From Candidatus Magasanikbacteria bacterium CG11_big_fil_rev_8_21_14_0_20_39_34 (lineage in GTDB: Bacteria; Patescibacteriota; Patescibacteriia; Magasanikbacterales; UBA922): DNA of 64,000 bases. The stretch is taken from NCBI GenBank assembly GCA_002787355.1, contig PCWN01000001.1:13838-77837 (forward strand), read 5' to 3'. The notes under the pieces were generated by a model. The model saw only the letters and a program-made list of their open reading frames with translations, made no database searches and was not told where the DNA came from. Positions 1-8,214 of this stretch are shown piece after piece (the first letter of the stretch is position 1; each line of letters begins with the position of its first letter). Made by a program: the position numbers and the translations under genes.

Positions 1-246
1 CTCCCCATTAGTGATATAAATGACCTGGTCTGTACGGACGAAGATGGTGATGGATTCAGTAAAGAAGGACAAGCCTGTGGTCCAGTTGATTGTAACGACT
101 CTTACAATATGGCACATCCTGGTGGATTCGAAATTTGTGCAAATGGAATAGATGACAACTGTGATGGACAAGTAGACGAGAACATCTGTAAAAATAGAAG
201 AATTTGTCTTGGAGAGGGTTGTCCATCAACCATTATCTACGAGTAA
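1..246 (+). CDS. 3' end of a protein with a MopE-like putative metal-binding repeat (partial, starts before the window)
   Basis: Frame 1 read manually: ...CTDEDGDGFS...VDCNDSYNMAHPGGFEICANGIDDNCDGQVDE...IYE*, matching the DxDGDG / DCND / PG-x-EIC-NGIDDNCDG-VDE motif. Not in the ORF track because there is no start. Confidence 0.7.
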   Translation, partial: LPISDINDLVCTDEDGDGFSKEGQACGPVDCNDSYNMAHPGGFEICANGIDDNCDGQVDENICKNRRICLGEGCPSTIIYE

Positions 247-259
247 AGATTTTTCAAAT

Positions 260-292
260 AAAAAAAGATCCCGAGAATTGGGATCTTTTTTT
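260..292. terminator. Bidirectional intrinsic terminator
   Basis: A7-GATCCC-gagaatt-GGGATC-T7 between convergent genes. Confidence 0.8.
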
Positions 293-306
293 ATTTTTCG
301 TACTGC

Positions 307-3300
307 TTATTCGTTGAAACCAGTTCCAACTGGAATAAGTCTTCCGATAATAACATTTTCTTTTAATCCATCTAGATAATCAACCTTACCAGTAATGGCA
401 GCATTGATAAGTACCTTTGATGTCTCTTGGAAAGATGCAGCCGAGAGGAAGCTCTGGGTTGAAAGTGCAACTTTTGAAATTCCCAAAAAGAGTTCACGAG
501 AGGTTGCTTCCTTTTTCTTTTCTCTTTTTGCCTCTTTATTGGCCAAAAGAAGTTGACTCTTTTCTACCACTTCCCCAGGTATAAGATCCGTTTCTCCGGC
601 ATCTTCTACATATACACGTGAGAACATTTGCTTGATGATAACCTCGATATGTTTATCATTGAGCTTCTGTCCTTGTGCGGCATAAATAGCCTGAATCTCA
701 TTGAGGATATAGGTCTGAACCGCAACCCTCCCTTTCAATTCATACAGTTCATGGAGATCTACACTTCCTTCGGTCATTTGGTCACCTTTTTCAATGCTAT
801 CACCATTCTTTACATACAGTTTATATCCAATTGGTACAATGTATTCCTTCGTTTTCTTTCCTTCATAAGAAAGGTAAAGTTTATTCTTTTCCTTTCTCAA
901 AGTTCCAGAGTAACTTGCTTTTATTTGTTCTCCTGAACTTCCTCGAACTAAGATAACATCTCCCTTTTTCACTTTTCCACCATCTTCTACACGAATATCG
1001 TCGGCCCGATTTACTTTAATTTCAAGTTCATCCATTCCTTCAAAGTGAACTTTGATAATTTTCTGACCACGACGTCCTTCAAAGATCTTTCGTCCGGTAG
1101 GACTGGTGATTACTTTTCCATCTGCGTCTTCAATTTCTACAACACCATCAACCTCTGTAAGAAGTGCCTTGTGTTTTGGAGTACGTGCCTCAAAAAGTTC
1201 TTCTACACGAGGAAGACCCTGGGTAATATCCCCTCCGGCAACTCCTCCCAAGTGGAAGGTTCTCATAGTAAGCTGAGTACCCGGTTCTCCAATGGATTGT
1301 GCAGCGATAATTCCTGCAGCTACACCTTTTTCTGAAACTCTATTGTAACAGAGGTTGTATCCGTAACATTTTACACATACTCCCTTTGGTAAACGACAGG
1401 TGTACACACTCCTTACATGAATTTCTTCCAAATCTGCCTGTTCAATATGTCTTGCAACTTCTTCGGTGATAACTTCTCCAGATTTTATTATGGTTTTCTT
1501 TCCAAGAGTAATATCTGAGAGGACAAACCGTCCCATAACACGATCTGAAAGTTTTTGTCCCATGTGTGCGGATTGGGCTTTTGTAATCATTACTCCTTCT
1601 TCATCACAACAATCATCTTCTGTTACTACCACATCTTGTGCAACATCTACCAGACGACGTGTAAGATATCCTGCATTTGCTGTTCTCAAAGCGGTATCTG
1701 TCAAACCTTTACGTGTACCGTGTGAAGAAATAAAGAATTCCAACACAGAAAATCCTTCTTTAAAGTTTCCTTTTACTGGCAACTCAATAATATCTCCAGA
1801 AGGTGATGCTACAAGTCCTTTCATTGCAACGACTTGTCCCAACTGTCCAAGTGAACCACGAGCTCCAGAGTCAATCATGGCAAATACAGAATCATCTTTT
1901 CGAAGTGTTCCTTTTGTTTTTCCGTAAAGTTTTTCTTTTACTTCTGACCAAACCTCGAGTACTTTTGCATGTCGTTCTGACTCTGTTAACAAACCTTGGT
2001 TATATTGGTCTGCAACCATCTGAATTTGCTCGTCCGCTTGTGCCAAAAGTTCTGCCTTTTCTGGAATACTTGGAAAGTCACTGATAGAGATAGAATATCC
2101 AGACTTCGTAACATATTTAAATCCAAGATTTTTCATTCTATCTAAAACCTTTGCAGCTTCATCCATTCCATAGAGTTCCAAAACGAGGTCAATAATTTGT
2201 CCTAAAGTTTTCTTGGTAATTGCTTCATTGTAGTATGGCAATTTTTCAGGAACAATTTCGTTGAAGAAAATTCTTCCTATACTTGTCTCTACAATAGATG
2301 AAGCCCCTTCTTCAAACTTAGACATATCATCAAAGCGTACTTTGATGCGTTCCTTCAAACCAATCTTTCGAGTTTTGTAAGCAAATTTTGCCTCAATAAT
2401 ACTTGAAAATATTTTCTTTACCTCTTCGGTATCCGTCTCAGCATATTTACTAATATAGTAACAACCAAGAGTAATATCCTGTTGAGGAGTTTTGATAGAA
2501 GAACCTGTTGCAGGTTTCAAGATATTTTTTTCACATGCCATCAAGTTTTCTGCCTCCCACTTTGCTTCTTCCGTAAGTGGTACATGAACCGCCATCTGGT
2601 CTCCATCAAAGTCTGCATTAAATCCGGCACATGCAAGTGGATGCAACTGAATAGCTTTTCCTTCAATAAGCCTTGGTTTGAAAGCTTGAATACCCAAACG
2701 ATGCAAAGTAGGTGCACGATTCAATAATACACGGGTATTTTGTGTTACATTTTCCAAAATATCCCATACTTCCGGTGCATTACTTTCAATGAATCGGGAT
2801 GCACTTCGTACATTGTGTGCAAGTTCTTGCTTAATAATCTGAGACATGACAAACGGCTTGAAGAGTTCCAATGCCATCATCTTGGGAAGACCACACTCAT
2901 CAATATTCAACTGAGGTCCTACCACAATTACCGAACGACCAGAATAATCTACACGCTTACCAAGAAGGTTTTGACGGAAACGTCCTTGTTTTCCTTTCAA
3001 GATATCTGCCAAAGATCGAAGTTGTCGTTTTTGTCCGGTAGATGCTGTTACTGTTTTTGATGCACGAGCAGAGTTGTCAATTAAAGCATCAACGGCCTCT
3101 TGCAACATGCGTCGTTCATTTCTACAGATAACTTCTGGAGCATTCAAATCAAGAAGTCTTCGCAAACGGTTGTTTCTGTTGATGACACGGCGGTAAAGAT
3201 CATTCAAATCACTGGTCGCAAAACGTCCTCCGTCAAGTGCTACCATAGGTCGAAGATCTGGTGGAACCACAGGGATAACTGTCATGATCATCCATTCAGG

Positions 3301-4179
3301 ACGAATATCATTCTTTACCAAACTCTTGAGAAGTTTCACGCGACGAATCATACGTTCACGTTTTGTTCCTTTTGTTTTCTCAATTTCAGCCTCAAGATTT
3401 TCTACTGTTTTTTCAAGATTCAATTTTTCCAATAAAAATCGGATGGCACGACCACCAATATCGGCATCAAACAAATGACCAAATCGTAACGCAAGTTCTT
3501 GGTAATCATTTTCTGAGATGATATTCATCATGGTAAGTTCTTTCAACTCAGATTCTACCCTCTTGAAATCTTCTTCCAAAACCGCTTGCTTACTTTCTCT
3601 TTCTTTATCAATAGCAGAAATTTCAGCTTTTTTAGCATTATTTTTTTCTGCGTTTGCTGTCTTTTGTTTGTATTCGTTATTAATTTGTTTCTGCTTTGAT
3701 TTAAATTCCGCCTTCAACATTTCCAAAGTTTGTGCCTTTCCTTCTTCATCTACATGCGTAATGATAAATGAAGCAAAGTAAATAACTTTTTCCAATGCTT
3801 GCATGGAAAGATCCAATACCAAACCAATTTTCCCTGGAATAGACCGCAAAAACCAAATATGAGAAACTGGACTTGCAAGCTCAATGTGTCCCATACGCTC
3901 ACGACGAACAAGCGAGTGTGTTACTTCTACGCCACATTTATCACAAACAATTCCTTTATAACGAATCTTTTTATACTTTCCACAATAACATTCCCAATCT
4001 TTTGAAGGTCCAAATATTTCTTCTGCAAAGAGACCACCCTTTTCTGCACGTTGTGTACGATAGTTGATGGTTTCTGGTTTGCTTACCTCACCGTAAGACC
4101 AATTCCGGATAACCTCCGGAGAAGCGACTCGCAATGACAAGGCATCGAAATCCATTGAATGAAGTGTATCTTTTGACAT
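307..4179 (-). CDS. rpoC: DNA-directed RNA polymerase subunit beta'
   Basis: NADFDGD catalytic motif, KPETINYRT, N-terminal Zn-binding cysteines, GEPGTQLTMRTFH. Confidence 0.99.
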   Translation of the reverse strand: MSKDTLHSMDFDALSLRVASPEVIRNWSYGEVSKPETINYRTQRAEKGGLFAEEIFGPSKDWECYCGKYKKIRYKGIVCDKCGVEVTHSLVRRERMGHIELASPVSHIWFLRSIPGKIGLVLDLSMQALEKVIYFASFIITHVDEEGKAQTLEMLKAEFKSKQKQINNEYKQKTANAEKNNAKKAEISAIDKERESKQAVLEEDFKRVESELKELTMMNIISENDYQELALRFGHLFDADIGGRAIRFLLEKLNLEKTVENLEAEIEKTKGTKRERMIRRVKLLKSLVKNDIRPEWMIMTVIPVVPPDLRPMVALDGGRFATSDLNDLYRRVINRNNRLRRLLDLNAPEVICRNERRMLQEAVDALIDNSARASKTVTASTGQKRQLRSLADILKGKQGRFRQNLLGKRVDYSGRSVIVVGPQLNIDECGLPKMMALELFKPFVMSQIIKQELAHNVRSASRFIESNAPEVWDILENVTQNTRVLLNRAPTLHRLGIQAFKPRLIEGKAIQLHPLACAGFNADFDGDQMAVHVPLTEEAKWEAENLMACEKNILKPATGSSIKTPQQDITLGCYYISKYAETDTEEVKKIFSSIIEAKFAYKTRKIGLKERIKVRFDDMSKFEEGASSIVETSIGRIFFNEIVPEKLPYYNEAITKKTLGQIIDLVLELYGMDEAAKVLDRMKNLGFKYVTKSGYSISISDFPSIPEKAELLAQADEQIQMVADQYNQGLLTESERHAKVLEVWSEVKEKLYGKTKGTLRKDDSVFAMIDSGARGSLGQLGQVVAMKGLVASPSGDIIELPVKGNFKEGFSVLEFFISSHGTRKGLTDTALRTANAGYLTRRLVDVAQDVVVTEDDCCDEEGVMITKAQSAHMGQKLSDRVMGRFVLSDITLGKKTIIKSGEVITEEVARHIEQADLEEIHVRSVYTCRLPKGVCVKCYGYNLCYNRVSEKGVAAGIIAAQSIGEPGTQLTMRTFHLGGVAGGDITQGLPRVEELFEARTPKHKALLTEVDGVVEIEDADGKVITSPTGRKIFEGRRGQKIIKVHFEGMDELEIKVNRADDIRVEDGGKVKKGDVILVRGSSGEQIKASYSGTLRKEKNKLYLSYEGKKTKEYIVPIGYKLYVKNGDSIEKGDQMTEGSVDLHELYELKGRVAVQTYILNEIQAIYAAQGQKLNDKHIEVIIKQMFSRVYVEDAGETDLIPGEVVEKSQLLLANKEAKREKKKEATSRELFLGISKVALSTQSFLSAASFQETSKVLINAAITGKVDYLDGLKENVIIGRLIPVGTGFNE

Positions 4180-4212
4180 ATGTAATTTTTTTATCGATTG
4201 AGTAATAAAACG

Positions 4213-7200
4213 TTAGATCTCCTCTTGCACTTCATCACGATCTCGTTTTTTTTGTGCACGAATTTCCTCAACCGGAAGATAGTTTCCATTGTCCGCACGA
4301 CCAAGCAGAGCTACATCCAAACTTAAACCTTTGAGCTCACGGACAAGTACATTAAATGATTCTGGTAAGTTTACCCGAGTAATAGGTTCTCCCTTGATAA
4401 TTGCTTCATATGCCTTTGATCTTCCCGGGACGTCATCAGATTTGATAGTTAATATTTCTTGCAATGTATGTGCAGCACCGTATGCTTCAAGGGCCCAAAC
4501 TTCCATCTCTCCAAAACGCTGTCCACCAAACTGTGCTTTACCACCAAGTGGCTGTTGGGTAATAAGAGAGTATGAACCAATAGATCTCTGGTGAATTTTA
4601 TCTTCCACCATATGGTTCAATTTCAACATGTATGCATATCCGACAGTGGTGCAGTGATCAAATGGTTCACCGGTTCGTCCATCAAAAAGTTGCAACATAC
4701 CATTTCTTGGGAATCCTGCTTTTTCCAGCTGATCACCAATCTGATCAGGAGTAATTCCGTTAAATACCGGAGTTGCCGCTTTATATCCCAAAGCATTTGC
4801 TGCCAACCCAAGGTTGGTTTCCATAAGCTGTCCCAAGTTCATACGAGATATAACACCAACCGGGGTCAAGATGATATCAATAGAAGTTCCATCATCCAAA
4901 AATGGCATGTCTTCTACTGCGACGATACGAGAAACCACACCTTTGTTTCCATGACGACCTGCCATTTTATCTCCAACTTGGATTTTACGTAGGTCAGCAA
5001 TAGTTACCTGTACTTGTTTAATAACTCCTGGCTGTAATCGATCTCCTTCTTCTGAAGAAAATACTTTTACATCAACCACTTTTCCATGTTCTCCATGTTC
5101 TAGATAAAGAGAAGAATCACGAACATCTCGTGCCTTTTCTCCAAAGATTGCTCTCAAAAGACGTTCTTCTGCTGAAAGTTCTGTTTCACCTTTTGGAGTA
5201 ATTTTTCCAACCAAGATATCTCCAGAATGCACTTCCGCACCAATGCGAACAATTCCTTCAGAATCAAGATTCTTTAACTTTTCTTCAGAAACATTTGGAA
5301 TATCACTCGTTACCACTTCTTCTCCCAATTTTGTTTCACGTACATCAATGAGATAATCTTCAATGTGAACAGAAGTATAGGTATCTTTTTGAACAAGACG
5401 TTCTGAAATAATAATAGCATCTTCGTAGTTGTAACCATCCCAAACCATGTATGCAACCAAAACATTTTTTCCAAGAGCCAATTCTCCATTTTCTGTAGAA
5501 GGTCCGTCTACAAGAACATCACCTTTCTTTACTTTATCACCGAGTGAAACCACTGGTCTTTGGTCAATACAACTGGAAGCATTGGAACGAACGTATTTAT
5601 TCAATCTATAACTGTATACTTTTCCTTTCTTTCCTGTTACTTCTACTTTATCACCCTGAACAAGGGTAACCTCCCCATCTTCTGGTGCAAGGATTACATG
5701 TCCACTGTTTACTGCTGCCGCTTTTTCAACTCCTGTTCCAACAAGGGGAGCATCCGGAACCAAACAAGGTACCGCCTGTCTTTGCATGTTCGTTCCCATA
5801 AGAGCACGTGTAGCATCATCATGTTCCAAGAATGGAATCAAGCTCGTTGCAACAGATAAAATTTGGTTTGAAGCCACATCAATATAGTCAACCATATCAG
5901 ACTCAATGGTCTCAGGCTTCCCATATACACGTGCAGGAATACGTTTTTCTACCAAGTAACCATCCGCTTCAACAGGTGTCGTTGCACTTGCAGTAATAGA
6001 TTTTTCTTCTTGAAAAGAATTCAAATATACCAGCTCATTGGTCACTCTGGCTTTTACCTTTACTTCTTTGATATCTTTATTTGCTTCAAGTTTTTTTGCA
6101 ATTGCATCAGTTATCTTTTCTCCTCCTTTTACAATACCCGCAATATCTTCTCGAGCAATTTCATCTTTCGTGAAGCGCGCTTCATTGGGAACAGTATGAA
6201 TGACTCTTCTGTATGGAGTTTCAATAAATCCAAAAGGATTAATCTTTGCAAAGTTAGAAAGATGTCCTACAAGACCAATGTTTGGTCCTTCCGGAGTTGC
6301 AATAGGACAAATTCTTCCATAGTGAGTGGTATGAACATCACGAACTTCAAACCCTGCACGATCACGAGAAAGTCCTCCTGGACCAAGTGCAGAAATTCTA
6401 CGCTTATGTTCAAGTTCAGAAAGAGGGTTAATCTGATCCATGAACTGTGAAAGCTGTGAACTCATAAAGAATTCACGAACCGCACCTATCACCGGACGAG
6501 CATTGATTAATTTGTTTGGTACCAATGTCTCAATATCATAGGTACTCATGCGGTCCTTGATGATACGTTCCATTCGTGCAAGTCCTACTCGAAATCTATT
6601 CTGTACCAATTCACCAACCGCACGAATTCTTCTATTTCCAAGGTGGTCAATATCATCTGGCAGATCCTGTGTTACACTCAATCGTACAATTTCTTTTATA
6701 ACAAGAACCAACTTTTCTGGTGAAAGTACACGTTGTTCAATGCTATCGTAGCTATCTTGATCAATCTTTAAACCAAACTTTGTATCAAACTTATAAACAC
6801 CCACGCGGCCAAAATCATATCGGTCAAAGTTGAAAAACATAGAATGGATTAAACTCTTTGCATTGTCCGCAGTTGCCAAATCCCCTGGTCGAATTCTTTT
6901 ATATACTTCAATCAATCCCTCTTCTTCATTTGAAGAAATATCTTTTTTCAAAGTTTGTTCAATAAAGTCAATGTTTGAGTGCGTATTTACATCCTCAAAC
7001 AACTTTCTGATGGTGTCGTCATCACTGTAACCAAAAGCTCGCAACAGCGCCGTTGCTGCGACTTTTCTCTTTCTGTCTATTTTTGCCCAAATCACATTGT
7101 TGGAGTCTGTTTCCAATTCTATCCATGCTCCTCGGTTTGGAATAATCTTTGCTCCATAGTAATTTCTTCCACGAAGATTTTGACTGGTAAAGAATGCTCC

Positions 7201-7632
7201 AGCAGATCGTATAAGCTGAGATACCACCACACGCTCAATTCCATTTACCACAAAAGTTCCTCTATCTGTCATGATAGGGATTTCTCCAAGGTAAATTTCT
7301 TGAACATTTTCTTCTTTTGTTCTTTTATTTACCAGTCGAGCATTTACACGTAGAGGAGCCTCATAGGTAACATTCTTTTCACGACAAGTTACCTCATCAA
7401 ACTTTGGCTCATCTATGAAGTAATCTTCAAAAAAGAGTTCCAAATCTCTTCCGGTAAAATCTTTTACTGGAGAAATTTCTCGGAAGAGGTCTTTTACTCC
7501 ATCTTCTAGAAACCATTTATAAGATGTCTTCTGCACCTCAATAAGATCTGGGGCAGGCATGGCATCACGAATGTCAGTAAAAAAGCTTCTATCTTGCCTT
7601 TTTTCTGACCATTGGCGCTTGTATATGGGCAT
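4213..7632 (-). CDS. rpoB: DNA-directed RNA polymerase subunit beta
   Basis: GDKMAGRHGNKG, GQRFGEMEVWALEAYGA, SQLSQFMDQ. Confidence 0.99.
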   Translation of the reverse strand: MPIYKRQWSEKRQDRSFFTDIRDAMPAPDLIEVQKTSYKWFLEDGVKDLFREISPVKDFTGRDLELFFEDYFIDEPKFDEVTCREKNVTYEAPLRVNARLVNKRTKEENVQEIYLGEIPIMTDRGTFVVNGIERVVVSQLIRSAGAFFTSQNLRGRNYYGAKIIPNRGAWIELETDSNNVIWAKIDRKRKVAATALLRAFGYSDDDTIRKLFEDVNTHSNIDFIEQTLKKDISSNEEEGLIEVYKRIRPGDLATADNAKSLIHSMFFNFDRYDFGRVGVYKFDTKFGLKIDQDSYDSIEQRVLSPEKLVLVIKEIVRLSVTQDLPDDIDHLGNRRIRAVGELVQNRFRVGLARMERIIKDRMSTYDIETLVPNKLINARPVIGAVREFFMSSQLSQFMDQINPLSELEHKRRISALGPGGLSRDRAGFEVRDVHTTHYGRICPIATPEGPNIGLVGHLSNFAKINPFGFIETPYRRVIHTVPNEARFTKDEIAREDIAGIVKGGEKITDAIAKKLEANKDIKEVKVKARVTNELVYLNSFQEEKSITASATTPVEADGYLVEKRIPARVYGKPETIESDMVDYIDVASNQILSVATSLIPFLEHDDATRALMGTNMQRQAVPCLVPDAPLVGTGVEKAAAVNSGHVILAPEDGEVTLVQGDKVEVTGKKGKVYSYRLNKYVRSNASSCIDQRPVVSLGDKVKKGDVLVDGPSTENGELALGKNVLVAYMVWDGYNYEDAIIISERLVQKDTYTSVHIEDYLIDVRETKLGEEVVTSDIPNVSEEKLKNLDSEGIVRIGAEVHSGDILVGKITPKGETELSAEERLLRAIFGEKARDVRDSSLYLEHGEHGKVVDVKVFSSEEGDRLQPGVIKQVQVTIADLRKIQVGDKMAGRHGNKGVVSRIVAVEDMPFLDDGTSIDIILTPVGVISRMNLGQLMETNLGLAANALGYKAATPVFNGITPDQIGDQLEKAGFPRNGMLQLFDGRTGEPFDHCTTVGYAYMLKLNHMVEDKIHQRSIGSYSLITQQPLGGKAQFGGQRFGEMEVWALEAYGAAHTLQEILTIKSDDVPGRSKAYEAIIKGEPITRVNLPESFNVLVRELKGLSLDVALLGRADNGNYLPVEEIRAQKKRDRDEVQEEI

Positions 7633-7721
7633 ATATACGTCAGTTAACGATTAAAAGTAAACTATCGATAATAGAGTCCTCTTTCTCTATTTCAATACCT
7701 TACTTCTCATCATTCATTTTT

Positions 7722-7885
7722 ACGGCAACAAAAAAACACGGGCTCTAAAACCGGTGCTATCTTTTTATTGTGGCCTTATGTGTGAAATCATGACAGATGT
7801 CCCTTTGTTACAAGAGAGATTTTTGCGCCTAATCTAGAGGAATTTCAGACCTTTTGTCACACGGGCCGGCGTCTATTTATTGTTG
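7722..7885 (-). ncRNA. Candidate structured 5' leader / attenuator RNA upstream of rpoB
   Basis: About 250 nt between a consensus promoter and the rpoB ATG. Nested pairings CAACAAUAAA/UUUUUUGUUG, GGCC/GGCC, GUGUGA/UCACAC, and an imperfect hairpin GCAC-C-GG...CC-C-GUGU followed by a U-run. Confidence 0.4.
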
Positions 7886-7890
7886 TCGCT

Positions 7891-7919
7891 ATTATAATGA
7901 ATATACTATCCTTTGTCAA
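7891..7919 (-). promoter_or_regulatory. Sigma70-type promoter of rpoBC
   Basis: Perfect TTGACA-N17-TATAAT on the minus strand. Confidence 0.85.
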
Positions 7920-7986
7920 GCTCACATACGAATTACAAAATTTCCATTTTTTTGCTAATTTTAGATAATAAATTAAACTTATCCCT

Positions 7987-8006
7987 TTTTACACAACTTA
8001 TCCACA
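7987..8006 (+). promoter_or_regulatory. DnaA box(es) between rpoB and ftsK
   Basis: Perfect TTATCCACA at 7998-8006, preceded by near-match TTTTACACA at 7987-7995. Confidence 0.5.
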
Positions 8007-8214
8007 GTTACACACTTGATTTAAATTCTGTTCTGTTCCCTAAATCCCTACTCTTCCATATATATAATGTATCATCTATTTTCATAAATGTGAATTCCTC
8101 TGAAAATCTTCTGTCTCTTTATGAGGTAGCAAAAATCAAAATCAATATTTTTTCTTCAAAAAAACAAAGAGGATCTTTTGAGGAGTTCTCTTTTGTGCTA
8201 CAATATCTTCATCT

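Noticed and set aside
628-7353. Many plus-strand ORFs of 60-150 aa within rpoC/rpoB
   Set aside because: Antisense shadows of long conserved genes, with no motifs.
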